Assembly: GCF_018350175.1 (NCBI RefSeq)
Contig: NC_058369.1
Coordinates: 16,866,001 to 16,930,000 of the forward strand
Reading direction: 5' to 3'
From: Felis catus
Lineage: Eukaryota
DNA length: 64,000 bases
The notes under the pieces are model-generated. The model was not told the DNA's origin. It saw only the letters and a list, made by a program, of their open reading frames with translations, and made no database searches. How positions within the stretch are numbered: position 1 is the first letter of the stretch; each line of letters opens with the position of its first letter. The translations under genes were made by a program, and so were the position numbers. Below, one piece after another: positions 48,500-61,800 of the stretch.

Positions 48500-48950
48500 A
48501 CAAATTCACTGTGGCTGCATCATTAGGTGGAAGCTGTGGCTCTTGGTGGGGCACTTGTTCCCGGGACACGATCCTGGTGCTGCCTGCCCAGCAGCTGTCC
48601 TCTTTCTGGCACAAGGGAACCACCTCCCTCCACAGGCTTGGGCCTGGACAGACTGGCAGTCAAGGTGCCACTCCCTGACCCACACCAGGCCGGCTGGGCC
48701 GTTGTCCCTGGACTTTGACTTCTGAACAGACAGCAGCAGGAACTGGATGTGGTGGTGCTTATTCAACCCCAAGAGGTTCCCGCTCCTAAGATCACGGCTC
48801 CTCTGACACCAGCACTTTCTGAAGATGAGGCTCCACAGCTTTTCTTTCCAGTCTGTGAGCCATCCCGTATCCTTCCAATAAATCCTTTCTGCTTGTACGA
48901 GTCAAAATTAAGTTCTGTTGCTTCCAACCAGAAAACCTTAAACCAGTAAA
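48500..48950 (+). mobile_element. MLT1-like MaLR LTR remnant
   Basis: 3' end aataaatcctttctgctt...ttctgttgcttccaaccagaaaacc. Confidence 0.5.
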
Positions 48951-50730
48951 TGCAGAACAGAAAACTCCAGCAGAAGCCAGGGATCTAGAATTCCCTTCCT
49001 GACTGAGCTCTCCAATGTTACCCTAGAATAAACCTACTTCTCCTGTTCCCCGTTGCTGTTTTCTTTGGTCTGTGCTACAGGGAACCTGCTGGGACTTGTG
49101 TCTTGCCTTGATCAGGCTCACTGATGGAAACCTAGGCCAAAGAGGCGACTCTTCAGCAGTGTCAAGACCAGAAACGAGAAGCAAAAGGAGTCACACGACA
49201 GCCAATTCACAAGAAGACAAATGGCTGCCAATCTTTCCACCTTCCTGGAAACACAAGCCTTCAGTGCATATGCAATTTTCCAGTCCAGCAACCCTCTAAG
49301 GAAATACAAAGAATCCTCTGTGGGTCAATTCAATAGGAAATGGGTAGAGGAGCCAGCAGGTAGCAGCTGCTGGCCCAAGTAGCAGAGGTGTTCACAATAG
49401 CTCAACAATTCACAAGGCTCACCTGGAGCGTGACAGGTCAAAGAAGTCTCTAGCAGTGCACCCACAGCAGGCGACCCACAACAGTGCTCACCACCCAGCA
49501 TAAACAAGGATTCTGGGAAGCATTTGTTACTGCTCCTGCGCCACCGGCCTTCCATCCTGCCCCTGGGGTGGGGGTGGGGAAACAAACCTTGATGAGACGC
49601 ACACCTGTGGAGAGACACTATCAAGAGGATCCCTGAAGACCGAAGGCCATAAACTAGCTTTTCCAACCTCTGTCCTCTGACAAATCTCTCGTCACTTCCC
49701 TGAAGTGTCGCAAAACCAAGCCCTCCAGGGAATTCTGATTTTGTAATTCCAATCTCCTTCTTGGCCTCCTCTGCACGCACATCGGCAATACAGGAGGGGT
49801 CAGGTCGCACCCCTGCAGTCCAGCTCTTACAAGCGGAACTATAGACAAGAGAAAAAACTATCCAATTCACTTCCGGTTTGCAGCAAATGCAACTCTTTCT
49901 GATATGATCTTAGTTAATTTCACCTCCCACTGACCTTTAGTAGTTATACTAATAGTTAATTTTCACAGCACCTGGAAAACAAAGCAAAAAAAAAAAAAAT
50001 TCTAGTTCATGACACAGCCAACCTACCTGAACCTACCAAGAGGAGACATTATTCATCTCTACTCCACTGTACACGTTTTAATGCAAAGCTACTCCAAAGC
50101 AAAATTTACCCAACCTGATCCAAAAACCTGTTTTTCTTACATTGCCCCATACTCATAGGTTTCTTCAGATCAAAACGTATGGCTCTCCTTGAATTTAAAG
50201 AGAGAGACACAACATGCACAAAGGATGGAGGCCAGGAGGCCTGAGTGGACCACATTACATAAAAATGTAAACAACCCTGCTGCCTGCCTTTGTGGGAGAC
50301 CCCACTATAAGCAAAAACAAAGGAGTTTGTTATTAGACACCTAAATTACAGAGCTGTGCACACGAAGGAAAAAACTCCTAGAACCAGTCAGAACAGCCCT
50401 CAGGAATTTTACAGAGGAACAAGCATAGATCAAGTCAGTCACTCTGGCTCAGAAAATAAAGGGCACTAGGAATGGAATGAGTCCATGAGGACAGACTGGG
50501 GAGGCAGGCGCATCCCACTTTGCTGTGAGCTCGCTTGAGGTGCCCACAGTTCTGAACCAGTGCCAAATTATGAAAATACATGTGAAAGTTTCAGAAAAAT
50601 CCACACATACACGATATGTTAACGTAAGACACAATTTTTTTTAAGATGATGGTCTTTTTGCGCCTATATTCACCACTCAACATTTAAAATTCTCTTCAAC
50701 CAACTCACACATTAAGAATCAACCAAGAAA

Positions 50731-50938
50731 AGGACACCTGGGTGGCTCAGTCAGTTAAGCTCCTGACAGTGGCTCAGGTCATGATCTTGCAGTTCGTGGG
50801 TTCAAGCCCTGCGTCGGGTTCTGTGCTGACAGCTCAGAGCCTGGAATCTGCTTCGGATTCTTTGTCTCCCTCTCCCTGCCCCTCTCCCACTCCTCTCTCA
50901 AAAATAAAAAAATGTTAAAAAAAGATTAAAAAAAAAAA
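50731..50938 (+). mobile_element. Can-SINE
   Basis: TSD aagaatc(a/g)accaagaaaa. Confidence 0.92.
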
Positions 50939-51139
50939 AAGAATCGACCAAGAAAAATAAATGTGCCAAAGGAAGGTGGAGGAATAGAGAAAAAAGATGT
51001 AAAAAACTACACAGGTTACAGGCTCTGTCCCACAGCTTTCCAGGACTGTTTGTTGAAAATACTCACCATCTCCCCCAATCTTTGGCTACACTGGAACTGT
51101 CACACTTGTTCTTACCACAAAGGTTTACGGACTATCCCA

Positions 51140-53950
51140 TTTCTCTGGAATAAACGCCTAGAAGTGAAACACCTAGGGTACTATGGTTATGTTTACATTT
51201 TCTAAGAAACTGCCAAAATATTTCCCAGGGTGCCTGTACCACTTTACATTCCCCCCAGCAACATATGAAACGATTTCTTTTCATCCACCATCATTCAGTA
51301 TTTCCACTATTTTTTTTTTAGCTGTGCCAACAGGTGTGTACTGATAGCTAATTGGGTCCTAAGTTATCCTTTCCTAATGACCAGTGACACTGAACACACA
51401 TGTGTGCCACGTGTCTGTGTGTATATGCCTCAGGATGTTATATATGCAAGATCATGTCATTTGCAAATACAGTTAGTTTAATTTCTTTTCTAATTTCGAT
51501 GTTTTTTATGTGTTTTTCTTCTAAAACTGTCTTGGCTAGACCTTCTAGTACAATGTTGAATTGCACTGGTGAGAATGAATCCTCATCTTATTCCTGAGCT
51601 CAGGAAGAGAACATTCAGTCTTTCACCATTAAATATGACATTACATGGAAGTTTTTCATAAATGCCTTTATCAGGCCTCTATTCCTAGTTCGAGACATTT
51701 TTAAAAAAATCATTAAAGGGTATTGTTTTTTGTGTCTTTTGAGATAATCTTGTGTTTATTTATCCTAATAAGGTTTATAAAGACTGAGTTTTCTTCATAT
51801 TTTGAACCAACTTTGCATTACTTCTAAATGTTAGTAGACCAGGTTTGCTAATATTTTGTTGAGGGCTACTGTATCTGTATTCATGAGGGATACTGCCCTG
51901 CAGTTTTCTTTTTTTATGACATCTTTGTCCAGCATTTGGTATTAGGGTAATGCTGGCCTCACAGGATGATTTGGAAGTGCTCCCTTCTTATTTTTTGGAA
52001 GAGTTCATGATAAATCTTTAAACATCTGGCAGAATTCACTAGTAAAGCCATCAGATACTGGGCTTTTATTAGTGGCAAGTTTTTTGTTTTGTTTTTAGTG
52101 GGACATTTTAAAATTATTAACTCAAACTCTTTCCTTGTTTCCTGCTATTCAGATTTTCTATTTCTTCTTTTTTTTGTGATTTCATTTTATTTTTTATTTT
52201 TTTAAATTTACATCCAAATTAGCATATATTGCAACAATGATTTCAGGAGTCGATTCCTTAGTGCCCCTTACCCATTTAGCCCATCTCCCCTCCCACAACC
52301 CCTCCCATAACCCTTTGTTCTCCATGAATCTTTTCTGTTTTGTCCCCCTCCCTGTTTTTATATTATTTTTGTTTCCCTTCCCTTATGTTCATTTGTTTTG
52401 TCTCTTAAAGTCCTCATATGAGTAAAGTCATATGATTTTTGTCTTTCTCTGACTAATTTCACTTAGCATAATACCCTCCAGTTCCATCCACATAGTTGCA
52501 AATGGCAAGATTTCATTCTTTTTGATTGCCGAGTAATACACCACATCTTCTGTATCCATTGATGGACATTTGGGCTCTTTCCATACTTTGGCTATTGTTG
52601 ATAGTGCTGCTATAAACATGGGGGTGTGTGTGTCCCTTGGAAACAGCATACCTGTATCCCTTGGATAAATGCCTAGTAGTGCAATTGCTGGGTTGTAGGG
52701 TAGTTCTATTTTTAGTTTTTTGAGGAACCTCCATACTGTTTTCCAGAGTGGCTGCACCAGCTTGCATTCCCATCTATTTCTTCTTTAAGTCAGTTTTCTT
52801 AGTTTGTTTCAGGATCTGCCCATTCTAACTAATTTACTGGCATAGTATTTACTATTCACAGTATATCCTTGCAATCATTTTTATTTCTGGAAGGTGGGTG
52901 GTATTGTCCCCACTTTCATTAATAATTCTAGTAATCTGAATCTTATTTGCTTGGTAATTCTAGCTAAAGGCTTGCCAAGTTTGTTGATCTTTTAAAAGAA
53001 TCAACTTTTGGTTTTACTTACTCTGTTGTTTTCCTATTCTCTATTCATTTGTTTCCACTCTAGTTTCATAATTTTCTTCCTTCTGTTTGCCTTGGGTTTA
53101 TTTCACTCTTCTAGTTCTAGTTTCTTAAAGTTGAAGAATAGTTACCTCCTTAATAGTTGAGGTTATTGACTTGATATCTTCCTCTTCTTATTTGCTTTTG
53201 AGGGTGAGAGAGCGCAGATGGAGGAGGGACAGAGAGAGAGGGGGAGACACAGAATCTGAAGCAGGCTCCAGGCTCTGAGCTGTCAGTGCAAAGCCTAATG
53301 TGGGGCTCGAACTCATGAACTGTGAGATCATGACCTGAGCCACCAACTAAGCCACCCAGGTGCCCCTCTTCCTCTTTTCTTAATATAAGCATTGACAGCT
53401 ATAAATTTCCCTCCAAAAACTACTTTAGCTGCATCCTGTAAGTTTTCATATTTGTGATTTTGTTTTCATTCACCTCAAACTATTTTCTCATTTCTCTTAT
53501 GCTTTCTTCTTTGATAACTGGGTTTTTAGGAGTTGTTATTGAGGTTTCCTTATATTCTTTCAATAGGAGTCTTTGTCTGATATGCTCTTTGGAAATATTT
53601 TCTCCCACTCTGTAGCTTGTCTCCTTTTTTATTCTTTCTACAAACTTTTTGACATAGCCAAAGTTTCTAATTTAGATGAAGTCTAATTTATCCATTTTTC
53701 TTCTTTTATGGATCATGCTTTATTTGCCATGTATAAGAATTCTTTACCCTGCTGTGCTTCTGAAAATTTTCTCTGATGTTTTCTTCTAGCATTTTTTATA
53801 GTTTTACATTTAAATCTATGATCCATTTGAGTTACTTTTTTTATATGCTGTGAAGCTTAGGCCTAGGTTGTTCTCTCCCGACCACCCCATAGATATCCAA
53901 TTGTTCCCACAGCAACTGTTGAAAAGACTACCCTTCCTCCACTGAACTGT
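51140..53950 (-). mobile_element. Old L1 ORF2/3' fragments with younger insertions (SINE at ~53185-53365)
   Basis: L1 antisense motifs: atcatgtcatttgcaaata, tttgctaatattttgttgagg, gtaatgctggcctc, ctataaatttccctc. Confidence 0.8.
52171..52772 (-). mobile_element. Young 5'-truncated felid/carnivore L1 3' end
   Basis: ORF 52428-52757 encodes the L1 ORF2 C-terminus (QPLWKTVWRFLKKLKIELPY...); TSD tctatttcttcttt. Confidence 0.94.
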
Positions 53951-53959
53951 CCTGACACA

Positions 53960-54555
53960 TTTTAGTCTGTTCGAACTACTACAACAAAAATATCATGCAC
54001 TGGGTGGCTTAAACAACATATATATATTTATTTCTCACAGCTCCAGAGGCTGGGAAATCGAAGATCAAGGCACTAGCAGACTACATTTCTGGGGAAGGCC
54101 CACTTCCTGGTTCACAGATGGCTATCTTCTGTGTCCCTACATGACAGAGAGTAAGAGGTAAGAGCTCTCTGGGGTCTCTTTTATGAGGACACTGATCCCT
54201 TTTTTTTTTTTTTTTTAATTTTAAACGTTTATTTATTTATTTTTGAGAGGGAGATAGAGTGGGAGCAGGAGGGAGGCAGAGAGAGAGGGAGACACAAAAT
54301 CCGAAGCAGGCTCCAGGCTCTAAGCTGTCAGCACAGAGTTGGACGCAGAGCTCGAAACCACAAACCGCGAGATCATGACCTGAGTTGAAGTCAGATGCTT
54401 ACCCGACAGAGCCACCCAGGCGCCCCAGCACTGATTCCATTCTTGAGGGCTTCACCGTATAACCTAATCACCTCCCAAAGTCCCCCACCTTCCTAGTATC
54501 ATCACACCGGGGTTAGGATTTTAAAATGTAAATTTGGGGGAGTCACAAACATTCA
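53960..54555. mobile_element. MLT1A/MST-like MaLR LTR split by a Can-SINE (~54200-54427)
   Basis: ctgggtggcttaaacaac..tttatttctcacag..ggctgggaa; acctaatcacctcccaaag; SINE TSD cactgat(c/t)cc. Confidence 0.8.
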
Positions 54556-55069
54556 AAAAGCAGTTGGCTGTACTTGTGTGGGTGTATTTCTAGGTTTCCT
54601 AGGTCCAGTGATCTATGTGTCTATCCCTCTACCAATACTACTCATGATTACCGAAACTATAAAAAAGTTTTGAAATGGGTATTCTGATTCCTCCCATTCA
54701 AAACTGTTTGATCGAGAGTCCTTTTTGTAGATTCCTTGGGATTTTCTACGTGGATTATCATGTCATCTGCAAATAGGGTTGCATTTATTTCTTCCTTTCC
54801 ATAATTTCTTCAAACAGTTTTCTGTACTACTCCATCTCCTCTCCTTTTGGGACTTCAATAACATGAAAAGCTAAACCTTTTGTTATCGTCCCATAATTCC
54901 CTGAAGCTCTGTTCACTTCTCTTCAGTTTAATAATTCCTATCGGGTCAGACCAGATAATTTTCACTGTTCTATCTTCAAGTTAACTCACTCTTCTTTTCT
55001 CTCCACCCTGTTACTGAGTCCCTTTAAGGAATATTTAATTTAGTTTTAGTTATAAATTTTACAATTTTA

Positions 55070-55289
55070 TTTTTAATTTTTTTTTAACGTTTATTTATTT
55101 TTGAGACAGAGAGAGCGAGCGAGCATGAACAGGGGAGGATCAGAGAAAGAGGGAGACAAAGAATCTGAAACAGGCTCCAGGCTCTGAGCCGTCAGCACAG
55201 AGCCCGACGCGGGGCTCAAACCCATGGACTGCGAGATCATGACCTGAGCTGAAGTCAGACGCTTAACCAACTGAGCCACCCAGGCGCCC
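55070..55289 (-). mobile_element. Felid Can-SINE
   Basis: TSD ttacaatttta. Confidence 0.95.
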
Positions 55290-55314
55290 TTACAATTTTA
55301 AATTTAAATGTCTA

Positions 55315-55559
55315 GGGGCGCCTGGGTGGCGCAGTCGGTTAAGCGTCCGACTTCAGCCAGGTCACGATCTCGCGGTCCGTGAGTTCCAGCCCCGCGTCGG
55401 GCTCTGGGCTGATGGCTCAGAGCCTGGAGCCTGTTTCCGATTCTGTGTCTCCCTCTCTCTCTGCCCCTCCCCCGTTCATGCTCTGTCTCTCTCTGTCCCA
55501 AAAATAAACGTTGAAAAAAATAAAAAATAAAAAAATAAAAAAAATAAAAATAAATAAAT
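55315..55559 (+). mobile_element. Young felid Can-SINE
   Basis: CpG-intact; TSD aaatttaaatgtcta. Confidence 0.96.
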
Positions 55560-56574
55560 AAATTTAAATGTCTAATTTCCCATTTGTTTCCAGGGTGTTC
55601 ACCCCTACTTCTTGAAGTTTTAATTATATTTTAATTATAATTTTTGCCTTAAATTCTTTGATAATCCCCACATCTATAACATGTCATAGTTACCATCTGT
55701 TGACTGTCCCTTCCCCTTAGGAGACAGTAAGATTTTCCCAACTCTTCATATACGGGACAATTTTGAATTTCTGGATATTATGCTATGTTACTCTGGATCT
55801 TGTTTAGGTGCAATGGAAAACAGTGGATTTTTGTTTGTTTGAACAGTAACTACATTGATTAGGTCCAACCCACAAGTTCCTATCCATCTTTTGTGGGCTA
55901 TGTTGTGATGTCAGTTTAGTTTTCACAGCCCCTGTGATACTACTGTGATCTGTCCCAGGTATACCATGCAGTGGCCAGCACACTTCACCGCTGAATCCTC
56001 AAAGCTCTTGGTATGCTGTTCAGGGGTCAGATGCATGCATGCTATTTCAAAGGAGAGCCCAGGAGTTCATACACAATACTATGGGTTCGCTTTGTTGAGT
56101 TCCTTCCTCTCTGCAATCTTCCTAACACTTTTCAGCTCTCAGGGGCCCCTTTCCTGGTCTTCTGGCTAAAAAGGAAAGGCTTTAGCTTCTCTGCTGAGTA
56201 CCTCCCACTACTGTGATTGCCCCTAGGGTAAAGTGGTGAGAGGATAGAGAAAACAAAACCAGTGAATGTCACCATGCTCTTGGGACCATAATCCCTAAAA
56301 ATAAATGGACTCCTTTCCCATCTGGCTGCCAATGTCACTGCTGCCTCCACTGCTATAGACTTTCATGGGGGCCAGGGCAGGAGAAAATGGGGGAGGGGGG
56401 CATGTGAACAACAACAACCAACAAGATCTTCATCCATCTCTACTCTCTGACCCATAGGAATCCCCTTTCCTGCTCTTGAGACTAGAAAGAGAGGGATTCT
56501 CTTGGACCTTATTCTGTATGCACCCAGTTCCAGATTTTCCTCTACCTTTGAGTCCAGGCTGGAAGGTATGCTAA

Positions 56575-58165
56575 GTGTTTATTTATTTTTTGACAGAGGG
56601 AGAGAGCGTGCACACGGGAGAGGGGCATAGAGAGAGGAGGACAGAGGATCCCAAGCAGGCTCTGCACTGACAGCAGAGAGCCGGATGCGGGGCTCAAACC
56701 CATAAATGGTGAGATCACAACCTGAACCTGAGCTTAAGTCAGATGCTTAACCAACTGAGCCACTCAAGTGCCCCAAGACTGAAAGGTATTCTTTAGAAAC
56801 AAAAAACAAAAAGTTTCCTTCCCCAAACCACCTGCTACCATTATCTTCCAGGATACTCAACTGATGCATGCAATCTGTCCAGAGATTTTAATTGTATTCA
56901 ATCAGAGAGAAAGGATAGAATGTGCTTATTACATCTTGACCAGAATCAGAAACCTTTTTTTTTTTTTTTTTTTTTTAAGTAGGCTCTACACCCAGCGTAG
57001 AGCCCAACATAGGGCTTGAACGCACTACCCTAAGATCAAGACCTGAGCTGAGATCAAGAGTCAGACCCTTAACTGACTGAGCTACCCAGGCACCCCTGAA
57101 CCCTTTCATTTTTTAATGTAAATATCTTCATAAATTCCTATATTCTTTGCCATTAAAGAAACTTAATGGTTACACTATACTTGTTGGCATCTTTCTGTCA
57201 ATCATATTCCATTGTGAGAAGTATGTAGTGTCTTACTGTGTTTAACAAGTTTTCTATACAGGGCATGTATTCTTTTTACATGAATCTTTTTACAATCTCA
57301 CAGAATCTTTTTACAATCTGAAATAATGAAATAAAGGTTATAGGCAAAAAATACACATCAGAAGAATGGAAGAAAATGTTAGTACTGGTTGCTGGTCTTC
57401 ATGTGATATGAGTATGTGAAGAGACATTTTAAGTCAACTTTCTGTACTTTTACATTTTTTATGATGAGTACTGCCTTTTGATCTTAAACTTTTTAAATTT
57501 AGCATAAATATTACAGAAAAGTATACAAATTATAAGCATACAGCTCCATGAAAGTAAACACAGTCATTTAACCTAAATGCCACTCACATCAAGGAGTATT
57601 ACCCAAAAGTTCCCCATTACCAGCCACAATTGTGACTGCTTTTCTTTTTTTTTTTTTTATTTTCTTTTTGTAACGTTTATTGATTTTTGAGAGAGAGAGA
57701 GAGAAAGAGAGAGAGCGCACACACGAACAGGGGAGGGGCAGAGAGAGAATGAGACACAGAATCTGAAGCAGGCTCCAGGCTCTGAGATGTCAGCACAGAG
57801 CTCGATGCGGGGTTTGAATTCACAAACTGTGAGATCATGACCTGAGCCAAAGTCGGACACCTAACCGACCGAGCCACCCAGGTGCCCCAACAGTGATTGC
57901 TTTTCAGTTACAAAACTAGTACATATACATTTATACAAATAGTACTGGAACACACATATATTTTTAATGTTTATTTATTTTTGAGAGAAACAGAGTGCAA
58001 GCGGGGAGGTGGGGGTGGGGTGGGGCAGGGAGACAGAATCCAAAGTAGGCTCTAGGTTCTGAGTTGTCAGCACAGAGCTTGACACGGGGCTCAAACCCAT
58101 GAACCATGAGATCATGACCTGAGCCAAAGTCAGACACTTAACTGACTGAGCCACCCAGGTGCCCT
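56575..58165 (-). mobile_element. Four Can-SINEs (~56575-56774, ~56954-57097, ~57640-57888, ~57960-58165)
   Basis: T-tails and ...gagccacccaggtgcccc-like heads. Confidence 0.9.
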
Positions 58166-58319
58166 TACTGGAACATATTTCTGCTTTTAGCTATTGTGAT
58201 GCTTATCTCTTCATATGTTGTAAACGTTTATATTTACTTCTTAAACTGTTACAAAAATCTCTAGTACATTTTGTATAGGTTGATTCTAGAACTTGACAAC
58301 CATTTAAAAAGCATTTGGA

Positions 58320-58769
58320 ATATCATGCACTGGGAAAGCCTCAGAATCCCCAGCAGACTGACAGAAGAAAGTATTTCTCTCCCAAGGCCAGTCAGTAAAG
58401 ACTGGAGAAGGTGACTGCTTCTTCAAATGCGAAGACAGCAACACAAGACACCCAAGAACAGTTTCCCAGTAACTGACCCCAAAGAAATAGAGATTTGCAA
58501 TCTGCCTAATAAAGAATTCAGCTTAGTAAGCTACAGGGAAACACAGAAAGACAATTCAGTGAAATCAGGAAACAATGCACAGACAAAACCAGAAGCTTAA
58601 CAGAGAGACAGAAATTATAAAAAAAAGATCCAAACAGAAATCCTGGAAGTGAAGAATGCAATGAATGAAATGAAACATGCAGTAAAGAATACCATCAGCA
58701 GATGTGATCAAAGCAGAAGAAAGAATCTGTGAATTTATAGGTCACTTGAAATTATCCAGTCAGAGTAGA

Positions 58770-58824
<55 letters not shown>

Positions 58825-61800
58825 AAAGCCCATGTGAATTATAAGACACCATCAAGAGAAACTATCTGAGCCCTGTTGGTATCCTAGAAGGAAAACAGAA
58901 GGAGAAAGGGATAAAAAGCTTATTTAAAAAAATAATGGCAGGGGGTGCACCTGGGTGGCACAGTTGGTTAAGCATCTAACTTCAGCTCAGGTCATGATCT
59001 TGCAGTTTATGGGTTTGAGCCCTACATTAGGCTCTGTACTGACAACTCAGAGCCTGGAGCCTGCTTCAGATTCTGTCTCTGCCTCTCTTCTCTGCCCCTT
59101 CCCCACTTGCATTCTCTCTCTTCTTCTCTCAAAAATAAACAAAAACATCTTTTAAAAATATTAAAAAAAAAAAACACCTACAGTAAAAAAAAACAAAACA
59201 AAAAAAAACAAAAAACAAAAAAAACAACCCTACAGTAATCTACAGTAATAATCATAAAGATACTCACTGGACTTGAAAAAAATGGAGGACATCAGTGAAA
59301 CCATTAACATAGAGATAAGGAATAACACAGCAAAGATTAAAAGGCTCAATAAGCAAAATGAGAAACACACCTGATAGAATGAACAGCAGGCTGGAAGAAG
59401 CAGAGAAATGAATTCATGACCTAGAAGACAGAGCAATGGAAAGTAATCAAGCTGAACAAAAGAGAAAAGAATTATGCAAAATGAGAATAGACTTAGGGAA
59501 CTGTGACTCCCTCAAACATAACAGTATTATAGAAGTACCACAAGAAGAAGAAAGAGAAAGGGGCAAAGAATCTATATGAAGAAATAATAGCTGAAAACTT
59601 CCCTAAACTGGGCAAGGAAACAAACATCCAGATCCAGGAAGCACAGAACCCCCAACAAAATCAGAAAAGCAGATCCACCCCAAGACATTTAATTTGTATT
59701 TAAATTTATTAAAATTTAATTGTAATTAAAATGGCAAAATATAGTGGTAAATAAAAAAGTATTAAAAGCTGGGGTGTCCGGGTGGTTCAGTCGGTTAAGC
59801 ATCCGACTCCGGCTCAGGTCATGATCTTGTGGTCCGTGAGTTTGAGCCCTGCGTCAGGCTCTGTGCTGACAGCTCAGAGCCTGGAGCCTGTTTCAGATTC
59901 TGTGTCTCCCTCTCTCTCTGACCCTCCCCCGTTCATGCTCTGTCTCTTCCTGTCTCAAAAATAAATAAACGTTAAAAAAAAAAAATTAAAAAAAGAAGTA
60001 TTAAAAGCAACAATACAAAAGAAGACAGTTACATACAAAGGAAATACCATAAGGCTATCAGTGAATTTTTCAGCAGAAACTTTCTAAGCCAGAAAGGAGT
60101 GGCATGAATCAATATTCAAAGTGCTAATTGGTAAAAACCCTCAGCCAAGAATACTCTGTCCAGCAAGGCTATCATTCAGAATATGAGAGAGAAAGAATTT
60201 CCCAGACAAACAAAAACTAAAGGAGTTCATGACCATTAACCAGCCCTGCAAGAAATACTAAGGGGGACTTTTGGAGGAGGCACCTGGATGGCTCAGTTGG
60301 TTGAGTTCTGACTCTTGATCCTAGCTCAGGTCTTGATCTCAGGGTTGTGAGTTCAAGCTCCATGTTGGGCTCCATGCCCAGAGTGGAACCTACTTAAAGG
60401 GGACTTTTCTGAGTGAAAGGAAAGATGAAAAACGACAGTATGAAGATAGGAAACACAAAAGCATTAAAAATAAGTATTTCCAGGGGTGCCTGGGTGGCTC
60501 AGTTGGTTAAGCATCTGATCTCAGCTCAGGTCATGATCTCACAGTCTGTGAGTTTGAGCCCTGCGTCAGGGTCTGTGCTGACAGCCCAGAGCCTGGAGCC
60601 TGCTTCGGATTCTGTGTCGCCCTCTCTCTCTGCCCCTCCCCTGCTCATGCTCTGTCTCTCTCTGTCTGAAAAATAAATAAAAACATATAAAAAAATTTTT
60701 TTAATAAATAAATAAATAAATATTTCCAGGGGCACCTGGGTGGCTCAGTCAGTTGTGCTTCTGACTTTGGCTCAAGTCATGACCTTGCAGTTCATGGGTT
60801 CAAGCCCCACATTGGGCTCTGCGCTGACAGCTCAGAACTGGAGCCTGCTTCAGATTCTGTGTCTCCTTCTCTCTCTGCTCCTCCCCCACTCACTCTCACT
60901 CTCTCTCTCTCACTCTCAAAAATAAACATGAAAGAAATTTGTAAATAAATATTGCTGAGCATGTCTGGGTAGCTCAGTCAGTTAAGCATTCAACTCTTGG
61001 TTTCAGCTCTTGATCTTGCAGTTTGTGAGTTCAAGGCCTGCGTCAGGCTTCATGTTGACAGTGCAGAGCCTGCTTGGGCTTCTCTCTCCCTCTCTGCCCC
61101 TCCCGTTTGTGTGCATGTTCTCTCTCTTAAAATAAATAAACTTTAAAAAATAAATAGTATTTCTGGAAAAAATCAGTCAAGGAACACAAAATGATGTAAA
61201 ATATGACATCTTACACCTAAGACATGGGGAAAAGTAAAGAATGGACTCAAATTTAAACAACCATCAACTTAATATAAGCTGCTACATGCAGAATATATTA
61301 ATAGAAACTTAATGGTAACCACAAATCAAAAACCACTAATAAATATGTAAAGAATATAAAGAAAGAAATCCAAATATAGCACTAAAGAAAACCAGCATAA
61401 AGAAGATCCCCATGAAAGACAGAAAGGATCGGGGAAAATCTTCACAAACAACCACAAAACAAGTAATAAAATGGCAAAAATATGTGTCTATCAATAATTA
61501 CTTTAAATGCAAATGGACTAAACACTCTACTAAAAAGACATGGTGACAGAACAGATTAAAAAAAAAAAAAGACCCATCTATATGCTGCCTAAAAGAGACT
61601 CATTTTAGACCTAAAGACACCTGCAGACTGGAAAGTGAGGAGATGGAGAAACATCTGTCACGCAACGGCTGTCAAAAGAAAGCCGGAGTAGCAATACTTA
61701 CTTCAGACAAAATAGACATAAAAACAAAGACTGTAACAAGAGACAAGAGAACTACATAACGATAAAGAGGAAAATCCAACAAGAAAATATAACAATTATA

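Noticed and set aside
57282..57319. 17-nt direct repeat gaatctttttacaatct
   Set aside because: Only two copies; ordinary slippage duplication in AT-rich DNA
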